Source: Tubulanus polymorphus (Eukaryota > Animalia > Nemertea). Taken from it: 64,000 bases of DNA. The position numbers and the translations under genes are program-made. The notes below the pieces were generated by a model. It saw only the letters and a program-made list of their open reading frames with translations, did no database searches and had not been told where the DNA came from. Shown here piece by piece: positions 40,548 through 54,200 of this stretch. Every line of letters starts with the position of its first letter. Position 1 is the first letter of the stretch. The stretch spans positions 124,001-188,000 of the forward strand of contig NC_134036.1 of assembly GCF_964204645.1 (NCBI RefSeq). Direction: 5' to 3'.

Positions 40548-43500
40548 TAAACAAGAAGGGCTCATTGAATCTCAGGAGATCGGAGAATATCGATTTAAAG
40601 TAAGTTCCAATCGTATCAACCCTTTCAGTGCGGTGTATAAATCTGTGTTTGACTTTGCTAGTAGGCCTACGTACTACTACACCGCGTCGTGGTGTATTGA
40701 TGTAACTAACTATTAGTTTTCATGCCTATTTAAGGATGGCAGCATATTCAAATATTACTAACTAACAATACACTGCACTGTGGTGTAGATGCACTAAAGC
40801 TCTTTCAGTTAAATATCAACTCTTTCAGTGCGTTTTTACACCGCAGTGCAGAGTATAAACATCGCAGTGTATTGATGTAGTTATTAGTAATTAAGGTTCC
40901 TCTCTATTGAAGTTTGGTAGCACCTGTCAAACAGTGAAATATTAATAAGTAACAATACATCGCATTGCGGTGTTGATGCACTAAAGTGGTATTGAACACA
41001 CTGGTCAGGGTCAAATTTTCAAATATCTTTCGAGTAGTCAGCACTGAAAGGGGTTAAACTTATGTTATCTGAACTGTCATTATAACTTACAAATGAAATG
41101 TCTTTGCGAACTATTTTCAGTGTTATCATTGTCAGATAATGTTGTACAACAATATAAAAGTAATGATCCACATGCGAGCGCATATCGAGAGTGAGAAATA
41201 ACAGAATATCGATTTGAATGATCTAACTCAATGTAAACATTGTTTCCGTCAATTCGATACTCCGTTTGAGATGCAAACTCACATCGAAAAGGTTTGTTAA
41301 CTCTTTATTTCAATCCCAGAATAGATGTCACCATCCATTAGCAATATGCCTATCAGTATTTCTAAAGAAGCATAAAATACAAATAGTATACTCTTTATGT
41401 GTTCCTGGTACGGTATTTCATATTTACTTTGATCAATTTTCTCTATATTTGGTTCATGCATTCACCTACCCTCTAAACACCTCTGTATTCACAAAAACTG
41501 GCCCAATCAAAATCAAGATGTCCGACTGGTGGTCATTTTTGTTCCCCCAAAACATTGATTTTATAGGATGACGCTTCGACCGAGTGGGCATGGTGCACCT
41601 CGACCCCGCTAACTCCCTATTCATTGAGGAGTTTCTGTTTTTGAGTAACATAATGGGTACTCATTCAGTATTTCTCTATTCGTTTAACACATTACAGGTC
41701 CATCAGAGTAATAGTTGTGTACTCGTTTGTCGTATTTGCGAGAAAGATCACACGACTCATCGAACGTTATCGGCTCACATGAGAACCGTTCATAAACCGT
41801 GTGAAATGCCATACGTCTGCCAACTGTGTTCATTCAGGTCATCGCTTTACGACGATATCATCGACCATTTCAACAAGGTAAATTCAACAACTGACTTCAG
41901 TATCTCCTCTTGTGCATAAAAACAAATCTGCAAGAATTTCAGAATTGTAAAAACAAATCTGCAAGAATTTCAGAATTCTAAAAAACAAATCTGCAAGAAT
42001 TTCAGAGTTTCATTCTTGTTGGCTAAAGTTGATCGGTACAAATTAGTTACTTTCTAGTATAGATTTATATCATAAACTGGCAAATGGTTTCTCTTATATA
42101 TTTGATGTTATGCTAAAATTTTCGAATGGCCGTTACTACAAACCCACCACACTTGCCTTGAATGAAACAGGGTTTTGATTTTGAATTCGGGAATCAGTAC
42201 AGATGGGATGGAACGGTTGGTTTTGAGTTTCATTAAGTGATTTGACTGTACAGTCAAATCTTTACGTAGAACTTTGTGGTTAACAACTCAGTTGCTCATG
42301 AAATATTGTTAATTCATTTCAGAAACATGATAAAACCCGACATGTTTTATGTTTCTATTGTTTGAAAGTGTTTAAAGTTTCTCTGTCGTCGCGTCACGGC
42401 TGGGGTTTAACTCAGAGTTTCTATCAACATTTACAATGACATCAAACTCACTCGACGTGTCGTAAATGTACAGCGTGTAAACTAGTGTTCGTTACGAAAA
42501 ACGATTTGAAATTCCATAAATCGACGCATCACGCTACAAACCGGCGCACTGATACCGGTAGAAACTGTAAGTATCTCTCCCTCTCTCGTCTCCCTCTCTC
42601 TCTCCCCCTCTCCCTCTCTCCCCCTCCTCCCTCTTACTCTCCCCCTCCTCCCTCTTACTCTCTCCCCCTCTCTTTCTCTTTCGTATCATATAACAAACCG
42701 GCGCACTGATACTGGTAGAAACTGTATCTCTCTCCCCTTCTCCCCCTCTCTCTCCCTCTCTCCCCCTCTCTCTCCCTCTCCCCCTCTCTCTCCCCCTCTC
42801 CCCCTCTCTCCCCCTCTCTCCCCCTCTCCCTCTCTCCCCCTCTTCCTCTCTCCTTGTATCCTTGGCTTAATTACAAAAACTATAACATAGTTTGTAGCAA
42901 GTTGCTACTCCTTGAAAAAGTTAAGGCCCTGGAACCGGTTCCAAAGTCAGGGCTTAGATTTAAGACCGGTCTAAGACCAACTATGGAACCAGCTTAACAC
43001 GATATCTCAGACAAACAGGGTCCATCAGGTCTAACTGAAGTCTTGAATGGATTATTGGATTAGAGTATAAAGTTGGACGAGGTTTATTGTAGTTTGAATT
43101 CAAAAGGATGTAACTTGAGAAGAAACAACTTTCAAATGTTCAAACTATGAATATTATTGAATAAAGCGTATGATTCTGATTTTACAGGTATTTCAAACAC
43201 AGGGAAAACTACATCGAACGAACAAGTAATGATCCAACTAGGTGGCGGTAAAGGTCGAGTTGGAACGAGTCATATTGAATCACTGAATGTACCTCAACAC
43301 TCTAAAGTGCAGGAAATGTCGTCTGTGAAGATTGTAGAACCAGTCAGTCATCTACGCTGTGTCGAATGTACCAAAGTGATGTCGTCCAGAGGACATTATA
43401 AGTGAGTAGTAATTAGACTGCTCCTGCTCCCTGGACGAAATATCCGTTTTTCAGCATCTTCATTCAGTCTGCAGAATTTCCTCGCTGCTTTGCTCGGTGA

Positions 43501-46418
43501 ATTAATTAGTGGTCCTGTCGGTTACAAGTGGCGACCACCCCTTTAAATTTTTACATCTATCCCTATGAAATTCAGCCACCCCTTAAAAAATATCTGCTGC
43601 CCTCTACCAGAGTACGATTTCAATATTCTATCAATGCTGATAATTGCTATGAAATATATCGAGCTAATGTGAAAAATAGAAAATAACACCAAAATTAAGT
43701 TTCTGGGTCCGGTTCCACAGTTCCGAGTTAAGATTTAACTCTGAGTTAACTCATTGAAAATGAACCATCTTTAACTCAGAGTTAACTCTAACTCACAACT
43801 GTGGAACTGGGTCCTGTATTTTTTTGTAGATTGAAAGCCTTGCCAGTTCAGGAGCCATGATGTCATACACTTAACAATAAATGCTGTGCCTTTAAAATCC
43901 CAGCATATTTTTCACAAGAATCCTCTATTTTCAATGACAGAATAAATGCAGTAAAGTTAATGTTCTGATTTGTAGGAAATACATACAATGTTCATTGTGT
44001 CGGTTTGCGACGTGTTGTTCTAACTCTTACTTGTCGCACATGTTGAAATATCACGCCGGTTACGGTACCCTCGATATTCCTCTCAAACATCAGCAACCCG
44101 AATTCATGTTCTGCTCGTGCGGTTTTCGTAGTCGCTACGGTAACACGCTCGGTAAGTTTATCACTCTCTATTGTTGCGATGTTTATTGTTAGTTGTTTCT
44201 CTGATTCGCTGATTCTGTTATATTATTTTACAGCTCATCATTTAGTATTTTGTAATAAGTTCTCGTGCTATAAAACTCGTCCAGCTCCGCGTTGCGTAGA
44301 GGTGTTTGAAACTGAGAGTCCTGATACGTGTGATACCGCCAGTGAGTATAAATCTGTATAATCAATTACCTGTTTGTGGCTGCAGTTGCTGAAAAATTGT
44401 TTAGATATAACCGGTGGATAAATACCATGGTCCAGTTCCACAGTTCTGTGTTAAGATATGACTCCTGATGTACCCCCTGCTCCCCCCAACCTGCAGCCCC
44501 TGATTTACCCCCCGCCCTGCAGCCCCTGATGTACCCCTGCGGCTCCAGACATGTTTTCTGATTTCTATCTATCAGTTTGTTTTCTGACATTCTATTTATA
44601 GACACTGATGAAGTTCCACAAACGATTTTTACTGCTTTGGGTTTAAAACGAAAACGATCTAATGAAGGTAAATACTGTTTATAGCATTAGAGATCATGGG
44701 TCCCAGTGGGTTCACTCTCTCCCGGGAGATGGGTTCTATCTGAGAGGGGAGTTCACAGTTCAATGTGTAATGTTTCTGTTGGTTTTTCAGAACCAATCGC
44801 CGATGATCCTGACCATATATGTCGTACAATTGTAAGCAGTATTGTCAACGAAGTTGTTCCTTTAGAAATCATTGAAATACCTGATTGCGATCGCGGTAAG
44901 TTCAATTCATGCATCCCTTCCTTCCTATACACAGTAGATAGTAGTTAGGTTATAGTATCAAGTGGTAGAATATAATTCTAATCGTGTGTTTGTTTTTCAA
45001 ACACAGATGGCGGTAAAGACAATGCTGGAACTGTATCGCTCAAAGGTGTCGAAAACGAGAATATTCGTCGCTCGGACGACAATTTAGAAACGCATAATAA
45101 CAAACCGGATATCGGCACAGTTACTTTGAAAGCGGAAATAAACGATGAACTCGTAAAATTAGAACTCGTACCGAATCAGTTGGTCGACGCCGCAGTTGAC
45201 CCCGCTAAAATAGACATTCTATCTAATGTCATAACTCTTAAAAATGAGAATGCTGAACTGCAAAATGATACGATCAGTTCACAAATTGCGGTCGTTGTTA
45301 AAACTGAAGTTGATTCTGATTTAGTTAAAACAAACGAGGCAGAAATTGATAAAACGATGAATTCAATGGAACAATCGGAGAACATTTCTCAGGGAAATGA
45401 TGTAGTAATTACTGATACACATAATGATCAGATCTCGATACCAACCGGTCATAATCAGATAGAAACTGAGTCTAATGTGAATTTGATAAAAGTTGAAGGG
45501 ACGTGTGATGATCTGGCGAGTACTTATGAGGCAAATGACAATAAGGTAGACACAGTTGAGGTAAAGGAGGAAAGGCCAGACACTGATGAGGTAAATGAGG
45601 AAAGGCCAGACACTAATGAGGTAAATGAGGAAAGGCCAGACACTAATGAGGTAAATGAGGAAAGGCCAGACACTGATGAGGTAAATGAGGAAAGGCCAGA
45701 CACTGATGAGGTAAATGAGGAAAGGCCAGACACTGATGAGGTAAATGAGGAAAGGCCAGACACTGATGAGGTAAATGAGGAAAGGCCAGACACTAATGAG
45801 GTAAATGAGGAAAGGCCAGACACTGATGAGGTTAATGAGGAAAGGCCAGACACTAATGAGGTAAAGGAGGAAAGGCCAGACACTGATGAGGTAAAGGAGG
45901 AAAGGCCAGACACTGATGAGGTAAATGAGGAAAGGCCAGACACTGATGAGGTAAATGAGGAAAGGCCAGACACTGATGAGGTAAATGAGGAAAGGCCAGA
46001 CACTAATGAGGTAAATGAGGAAAGGCCAGACACTGATGAGGTAAATGAGGAAAGGCCAGACACTGATGAGGTAAATGAGGAAAGGCCAGACACTGATGAG
46101 GTTAATGAGGAAAGGCCAGAAATGGATGATGTAATCGAGGATGAGACAGGTGTTGAGACGAATGAGCAGGTTGTAGATAGTGGTGCCACAAATGACACAG
46201 ATGTAGAAATGGTTGAGGCAATGGAACAAGATACAGATTGTAGTGAAGCAATGGAAGTGGATATTTGTAAAGATGTGTCCAATCCTGAAATACTGGCAGT
46301 TAATGGATTGCAACATGAACCAAAAAACGGAGAATTGATTGTAAATAAAAATAATTTGATAAATGAAAAAATAAAAACTGGAAGTTTGAATTTAGGTTGT
46401 AATTCTGACAATAACTGA
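40548..46418 (+). pseudogene. 5'-truncated duplicate of the THAP-ZNF280-like gene
   Basis: Lacks promoter, THAP, AT-hook and the first about 8 exons. Carries a CGA>TGA nonsense change at 42437-42439 (HLQ*H vs HLQRH). Confidence 0.85.
43706..43813. mobile_element. 108-bp PIF/Harbinger-type MITE with CTG target-site duplication
   Basis: TIRs GGTCCGGTTCCACAGTT / ACTGTGGAACTGGGTC flanked by CTG..CTG. The paralogous site in the left arm (about 7327) is empty with a single CTG. Confidence 0.85.
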
Positions 46419-47667
46419 GTGCATTTAATCAATCGGGAATTCTTCATCTCCGGATGGGAGAAAGATGAAGATAATTTGACTGTAGGAGTAAACAATCAGA
46501 CAGGAGTAAACAATCAGACAGGAGTAAACAATGAGACAGGAGTAAACAATCAGACAGGAGCAAACAATCAGACAGGAGCAAACAATGAGACAGGAGTAAA
46601 CAATCAGACAGGAGCAAACAATGAGACAGGAGCAAACAATGAGACAGGAGCAAACAATGAGACAGGAGCAAACAATGAGACAGGAGCAAACAATCAGACA
46701 GGAGTAAACAATCAGACAGGAGCAAACAATGAGACAGGAGCAAACAATCAGACAGATATTGATTTGAATTTGTAGTTTTGATGTTGATTGCGTTGTTTAA
46801 AACTGATTCAGGTTTAAGAAATTATCAAATTCCAATCTCTCATTTTAATTCATACCATTTTCTATTTTTTGATTTGTTTAGGAACTAATTATTGTTTAAT
46901 CGGGCATAAATGAAATGAATATTTCGAATATGCATTATATATATTGTGATGTTCAGTATTTTGTAAGACGTGTGTAAATAGAACTGGTCTGAAACAGACG
47001 CGTAATAGATTTTGTTGGACTTCGATGTAAATAGAAATATAACTGAATAAATTCTGCTTCTTGTCAATTAAACGAAATCTATCTATGATTGATGATGATA
47101 TTGATCATATTGAAACCATGGATTCTAAAGCGTGTTTTAGAGTCCATGGTTAAAGTGAACTGGCTTCAACTCGGGACCGATCTAAGTAAAACGCGACCTG
47201 GCAGTGTAGGCTTAGCAAAAATGATACTTTATTTCTCATTCCTGCTGAGTTTGAATGTTGACCCGGCCGCCTATCTACCCTGCACATTACCTTTTATGAT
47301 CAGGCTACCAATAACAGACCCTGCAGTTATAGATATGAACTGATTACAAATTTCATTGCAGTTTACGAAAGTGACCCGGCCGATTAGGAGAAACAAGGTA
47401 TCATTTTTCATGTAGAGTTTGTGTTGAATAGAGACGCCGAGAATCTAAAGCTCAATGATTTTATTATCAGAAGATCAAACACAGCTCAAAACACAGACGA
47501 ATTTATCCCAGTTTCTGGTGGTAGATTTATCAATCTCAACTCTATAAATGAGAATCGATGTTTAACTTTGTATAAATGCTGCTCATATTTCATTAAGACA
47601 TTAATAATTATAAAATACTGTTGATGGTATTAACGTTCTCCACATTCACAGCGAGTGATCTCCAACC

Positions 47668-50437
47668 TCAGTACCAGTCACCGCCACCATAGATCGGACC
47701 TTTCCGTCCGTGATCGTGAGACTGCACCGGTCCCAGCATCGTCGTAACATCTTCATCTTCACTATCATTATCATCTACAGGTCCTCCTCTATCATCGTCA
47801 TCATCATCGTACACAGGTCCTCTCCGTATTCCAGCATGCCGCATATGATCCGGACGTGGACCCGGACCTGGTTGTATTTCAGTTGTGTCTCCATCATCTA
47901 AACGGACCAAGTTTTCTCCATCGAAAACTGGTGGTAAATTCTGTAACAATTCATCCTCGATATTTAAAGTTTCTTCAGTCTGTTCTTCCTCGGAGAAAGA
48001 GACCTCCTCCGTATCAACATGTGTGACGTCACGGGTAGAGTTTGGCCACGTATCGAAATCTGGTAGGCTGTCTACATCGATATTGGATCCGTGTGCGTCA
48101 TTATCAGTGTTTGTATCGACAGTCGGTAGACTGTCTACATCTAAATCGAACTCAGGAAATTCTATGTGTTGTACTGGTGGTAAACTGTCGTAACCATCAT
48201 CATCGTGAATGATAGGACCACCAGTCTTATATCGTTTGGTCAGAGATGACTTTCGGTTTTGTTTAGTCCGTCGTTGCTGGCCCTCCTCTGTCCCGGGCGT
48301 GGGGCGCGGAGTCGGTGCGGTCCCCTCGCCCTCACTCCCAAGCGGGCACCGCCCTGCTGCTGCTGCTGCTGCTGCGGTTTGATCACCGCTGGTATCGGCG
48401 TACACGGGCCCCAGTTGATGAGAAGATTGGTGACGCTGTTTTGACTGTTTCACGGACTGCTGCGGCTGCTGCTGCTGCTGCTGCTGCGGCTGCGGCTGGA
48501 AGAAAGATTAAAAATCAATGACGACAAAAATTCTAAAACTCCTTTAAATTTATTTTACATATAACTTAAATATTTTGTACAGACATATATATTTGAGGTC
48601 AGTATTAAACAGATCAGAAATAGTTAAGCTTTTTAACAGAATCAACTGACTTCTTCTGGCTGCTGATATTGGTGGTGAATAATAAATTCATCTTCTTTTA
48701 AACATCGACCGTAAATTCTTTCTGATTCGTATCTGAATTCGGCGGTAATCGTGACGTCATCGAGCGCCACTAGACTCGGGAATCGGCTCACCACGAACTG
48801 TCTACAAATCATAGATACATTTGCAAACCAAAAACTCATTTGAAAGGAAAGTAATCCAATCAATTCTTGGAGTTTGTTTTGATCCAAACTAATTCATGAT
48901 GTTTCGACGTTTGGTGAAATATTTATAGATGCAATTTCATTTCCAAATTTTGTGTTCAAATACTTGACTTTCGACGCAAAGAATTTGCATAACTTCGTAT
49001 CACGACAATGAAGGCTTTGAAGGTTGAGAGGGGTTAGGAGTGGTTGAGGGGAGGTTAGGAGTGGATGAGGGGGTGGAGGTATGTTACCTATAATCGTTCC
49101 ACTCGACGACACTTCCTCCGTTGAAATAACTCGGCGCTGCCGGATTATTCATTAGACTTAAATATTTCAAATTCGGAAACGATTTCATAACCGTTTGAAT
49201 GAATACACCTGAAATTGACGAGTTAATTAAAATATTAAAACAGCGAAAACCTGCTGTAGTTTTAATCAATTGCACCAGGGGGCGATAGTAATTGTAGTAA
49301 TAGTGTTTAATTGGCTATAGAACTAAGATAAGTTTTATAGGCCGATCTTATTAACTGCCCCCTGGTGAGTCAAAATTGAAGCTGATCTTGTAAAACTATA
49401 CAGTAGGTTCTTACCGAGATTTTCGATATTGTTATGATTCAGCCACAGTGTGTGTAAACCCGTGTGTTTCGGAAATTTCACGTGTGAATTTATTTCATTT
49501 CTGTCCAAAATTAACGTGTTCAAATTCGGCAATTCGTAGAGAAATCGAAAATCTGTGAAAATATCGTTAAACGGAAAAAAGACGAAAAATTGATTTTGAA
49601 ATCATTTTTTTTAAATGCTGGTAAAATTCCGATCATAGAAAAAAGACATATCGAAATGCGCATTAAATATATCGAACGATTGACGTGAATCGTGAACTGA
49701 TAATGATTTATCGCTATAAAGATCATGTGACCCTAAACAAATATATACAGCGGTACACATAGAATATCGATAGATAGTTGTTTAATGTAAAGGATATTTA
49801 ATATGGTTCGATGTTAAATCTAGCTCCTCGAGAACTGATAAATATTTCTTGATGATTTTTATCGGCAAAGTTTTCAAGCCTTGATCGACGAACGACAAAC
49901 GTGCGGCAGTCATCTTTAAACTGTAGATAAAAAAACACTGAAAATAGATAGAATTTATTGCACCATATCCCCGACCCCCCGCGTAGGTCAGTTAACCCAA
50001 ACGTAGGTCGATATCATACTAGATATAGTATTAATATTGTCACTATTTCACGAGGATGCGTCGTTTATTCTGGTCAAACTAATGATAACCATGTGAGACA
50101 CTTTTGATGAAATGAATAAATTCTAATTGTTTGTTAAGTTTTTGATATCGGTCACGTATTCAATTCGCCCGAACGCGGTATTGTGTACAGATGGCTAGAT
50201 AAATGACGTGAGTTTAAAATTGAATGATTAAAATGTTTGAAATAGAGTTTGATGAAGTATTCGTATTCTCACCTGTAAACATGAACCTCCTGTAAGTATC
50301 GCGTGAAGCTCGTGAATAGTAGTCAGATTGACTAGTGACGGAATCACCTACCGGGTTTCTAATTAGGTCACCGGGAAACCCAGATAACCCCGACTTACCT
50401 TTGATAAGAAATACGAAAGTCTGTTTAAAAATCGCAT
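47668..50437 (-). CDS. LRMDA: LRMDA-like LRR protein, copy 2 (apparently intact)
   Basis: Mirror of 741-3506 with the ATG, microexon, AT-AC intron (AAAGGATAT on + at about 49790) and all exons retained. The polyAla tract is 4 codons shorter. Confidence 0.78.
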
Positions 50438-50715
50438 GATTTCGGTTCGTGTTTAAATTAGATTTGAATTATATTTATCGTCTAGATGGGAATATGTTTT
50501 TTTTTCAAAAAAGCAATGAATGAATTCACAGAAATCTATAGCGCTGTGTTCCCCCAGTGGACGTGCTGTAGCTGCGAAATTTAAGATTGGTCAGAAACTG
50601 GCGATTTCAGTCAGAGTCGATATCGTCACGGCGTTGACCATTGTGACGTCATGGTCTTTTGTCCGAATGTGAATGGCCGTCGAATATGTTCGAATGTTTT
50701 CCTGCCACAATCGGG

Positions 50716-51001
50716 CGGACCGGATGGCTTAGTCGGTAGGCGACTAGCGTGTCACCGCTGTGGCCCAGGTTCGAGTCTCGGAGGAGGCGGGTCAGGATGT
50801 GGCAATGAGCTCCGGTAAGCGGACGGTGGCTACGCGCAGCACTGTCCTCCCTGGAATGAGGTTGCTAATGCGTGAGTCCTATATCCCACCGGTGGCGGGG
50901 TAAAGTATTATTTAATTCAGTCGTTTCTGGCTGAATTATTTATTTATCTCGTCATCTCGGTCCCGGCAGCGGGTAATTCCACCAGGGGCTTCGACTTTTT
51001 T
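50716..51001 (+). ncRNA. tRNA-derived (Asp-like) SINE or Pol III transcription unit; mirror copy at about 165-450 (-)
   Basis: A box TGGCTTAGTCGG, anticodon-like arm TAGCG-TGTCAC-CGCTG and B box GGTTCGAGTCT. The acceptor stem does not pair. A GC-rich body follows, and the first run of 4 or more T is at 50996-51001. Confidence 0.6.
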
Positions 51002-51549
51002 ACAATATTAGTTTGTTATTTTAAGTTGAATGGTGAGGGTTTGGGAAATTTTTATATTTATTTAATTCCTCGAACTGAAGAAATCCAAGCGAGAATTCGG
51101 TGGTATCTGCATGCAACGCGGACGGTGATCAATCACAGGTCTTTCTCAACTGATGACAAAATTTCGATGATTTTTTAACGTCACCAAATTCCAGTCAGAG
51201 TAGATGTGCACGCGGCAATGTCTGGTGAACTTGTGTATAAATTCGGCTTCAAAACGACTCTATCCAATAGAGAATAACTCTCTGGGGACCTGTCATACGC
51301 TCTACTACACAATAGTGCCGCGTGACTACACAAACCCTTAAGCAAACTTCGATATCCTAAAGCAAAACTCGAAAATAGTAAAATTGAGCCGGTATTATAG
51401 TTCAAAACCAGACGTAAATAGAAGGGAAATCTACACTAAAGTTTGTTGGATAGTTTAGATAAAATTTCAGCATACAATTTTAGGCTAAAATCGTAGCATT
51501 CGATATTTCTATCTTTAACAATATGTGTCTCTATGAATAGTCGAATTAA

Positions 51550-51700
51550 ACTCGATGACCTGTAAGCCCCATTGAAAACGTTTGGCACGAATTGAATGGT
51601 TCTCGAGGATTAGCGTCACGGACTCGGGTCTGTCACAGGAATGCGCGATCGAGCTTTCTGATTGATCCATTCCGGTCGCATCGATGATGCACCGTCGCTG
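51550..51700 (+). mobile_element. Tc1/mariner transposase relic
   Basis: GAC CTG (TA) AGC CCC ATT GAA AAC GTT TGG CAC GAA TTG encodes DL/SPIENVWHEL, the conserved SPDLxPIENVW motif, frameshifted. Confidence 0.45.
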
Positions 51701-52551
51701 ATTGGTCGACGTAGGTATTAGAAGCGCGGTTCGAGCCTCTCGACGCCAGTCCGAGAACCGATGTCCAGTGATGAAGGTCAACCTATAAGAACTCTGCAAC
51801 AAGGCGTGAAGAACGTGTGGCTTCAAGCGAACAACCTACTAATTAGCGGCTGATGATGTTAGGAGAGACTGGAACGTGAAGGAATTTGTGACGCCTAGCT
51901 ATTGAGAACGCAAGATGAGACTGGCGGCTGTTGGTGCTGATGATTGCGGAGGAGATCCCGATCTGCTGCTGTTACTGATGCTGCTGCTGCTGTTGATGTC
52001 GGATTTCAACTACAAACAGATGACCACTCACTTGCTGATGAGGACGAGATGCTGATGTTGCCGATTTCCGATGTTCTATTTCAAGACGCACACATTTTGA
52101 TCAGGTTAGAAATTTCATATAGAATTCAAAACTCTGAATCGAATCTTTCGAAAATTATCGCGTTTTGATTGTGGAACCCAATTCGGCTTAATTTGAATCG
52201 AAATTGCATTTTGAAATTCAACGTTTTTTGGTTTTTTAATCTCAAATTCTAGTTCAGTTTTCAAATCGCTTTTGTCTCTGGATTTATTTCTGGAATTCCT
52301 CGGGGTTATATTAGTCGCAATTTTATACATTATGAATATTGTATCTTTTTAGGGTTAACCGAAACCAGTTCGCTACTACAACTTGTTTGTCGCAATGTCC
52401 TGAACTAGTTTGCTGCTGCTGCTGCATTGCGAACCGCATCAACCCACATTTTGCTGTTTCGGAATCTTTACACTAAGATAAGGTAACTATATTAAACTAC
52501 ACCCATCAGGAATCGTTTTCAAGTTCATCCGATTTCTTTTTCAGCCGGCAA

Positions 52552-53181
52552 GTTCTACTCCCGACTACGGAACCATCTCCAAACCTCGAGACGCAGACTC
52601 TACTCCGACTACGGCACCATCTCCAAACCTCGAGACGCAGACTCTACTCCGACTACGGCACCATCTTCAAACCTCGAGACGCAGACTCTACTCCGATTAC
52701 GGCAACATCTTCAAACCTCGAGACGCAGACTCTACTCCGACTACGGCACCATCTTCAAACCTCGAGACGCAGACTCTACTCCGACTACGGAACCATCTTC
52801 AAACCTCGAGACGCAGACTCTACTCCGACTACGGCACCATCTCCAAACCTCGAGACGCAGACTCTACTCCGACTACGGCACCATCTTCAAACCTCGAGAC
52901 GCAGACTCTACTCCCGACTACGGCACCATCTTCAAACCTCGAGACGCAGACTCTACTCCGACTACGGCACCATCTTCAAACCTCGAGACGCAGACTCTAC
53001 TCCCGACTACGGAACCATCTTCAAACCTCGAGACGCAGACTCTACTCCGACTACGGCACCATCTCCAAACCTCGAGACGCAGACTCTACTCCGACTACGG
53101 CACCATCTTCAAACCTCGAGACGCAGACTCTACTCCGACTACGGCAACATCTTCAAACCTCGAGACGCAGACTCTACTCCG
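52552..53181. repeat. 44-bp tandem repeat, about 14 copies
   Basis: GACTCTACTCCGACTACGGCACCATCT(T/C)CAAACCTCGAGACGCA, with no spacers. Confidence 0.95.
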
Positions 53182-53512
53182 TCATTATTTCGTTTTTCCG
53201 CATGTTATAAAGTAACGTAAATAAATAAACGTCCATCTACATAAAATACTCGTCTTCCCTAAAAATCTCTTGTCTCGGGCACTTTTTCCCCTCACAACTT
53301 CATACTCGACACTGCTCCGGAAAGGACTCTTCCGCTTACAACTTCTCACGTTCAAGGAAAGGACAAAGTCAAAAAGGAAAGGACAAACGCAAAGTACAAA
53401 TCAAAGCATTTATTCCAAATTCAAAGTAGGAATTTCTTACAGCTTGTTTGCAAAAGTAAAATTCAACATTTTATTGAAACAACAATTTATTAACAAGCAA
53501 TAAATAAAATTA

Positions 53513-53579
53513 TGGGATTTGAACCACCAACCCCCAACTGGCCAGCAGTCCAGCACCCTACCAACTACGCTATAGGGAC
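53513..53579 (-). mobile_element. tRNA-derived SINE head / tRNA pseudogene
   Basis: Minus strand reads GTCCCTA-TAGCGTAGTTGG (A box)...GGTTCAAATCCC (B box). No acceptor stem. Confidence 0.55.
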
Positions 53580-53711
53580 GTACTGACAGCACGCAGAGGA
53601 ACTCCTATTTATCCATTGCTTAAGCAAATTTTATTAAAAAAAATAATGCCATCTACCGGGCGAGACAGGAACTAGTTCCTATCACAACCCGGTAGATGAC
53701 GGAGAGAAATA

Positions 53712-54200
53712 ACAGAGTAAGGAGAGAGGAGAATGAAACAGAGTGAGAGAGTAAGGAGAGAGAGGAGAATGAAACAGAGTGAGAGAGTAAGGAGAGAGAG
53801 GAGAATGAAACAGAGTGAGAGAGTAAGGAGTGAGATGAGAATGAGAGAGTGAGATGAGAATGAGAGAGTGATATGAGAATGGGAGAGTGAGAGATGAGAA
53901 TGAGAGAGTGAGATTAGAATGGGAGAGTGAGATGAGAATGAGAGAGTGAGATGAGAATGAGAGAGTGATATGAGAATGGGAGAGTGAGAGATGAGAATGA
54001 TAGAGTGAGATTAGAATGGGAGAGTGAGATGAGAATGAGAGAGTGAGATTAGAATGGGAGTGAGATGAGAATGGGAGTGAGATGAGAATGGGAGAGTGAG
54101 ATTAGAATGGGAGAGTGAGATGAGAATGGGAGAGTGAGATGAGAATGAAACAGAGTGATATGAGGATGAGAGAGGATAGAAAGAGATAGAGAGGATAGGA
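53712..54200. repeat. GA-rich compound minisatellite
   Basis: GAGAGTGAGATGAGAATG variants. Confidence 0.9.

Larger units (their letters stand above)
40548..51165 (-). repeat. Right arm of the inverted segmental duplication
   Basis: Homology starts abruptly at TAAACAAGAAGGGCTCATTG, mid-exon of the zinc-finger gene. Scattered SNPs, repeat-number changes and several indels distinguish it from the left arm. Confidence 0.97.

Noticed and set aside
50716-50790. Functional tRNA-Asp gene
   Set aside because: The acceptor stem cannot form and the anticodon loop is 6 nt, so it was treated as a tRNA-derived head.
52552-53181. 44-bp array as a CRISPR-like locus
   Set aside because: Units are contiguous with no unique spacers, there are no cas genes, and the context is eukaryotic.
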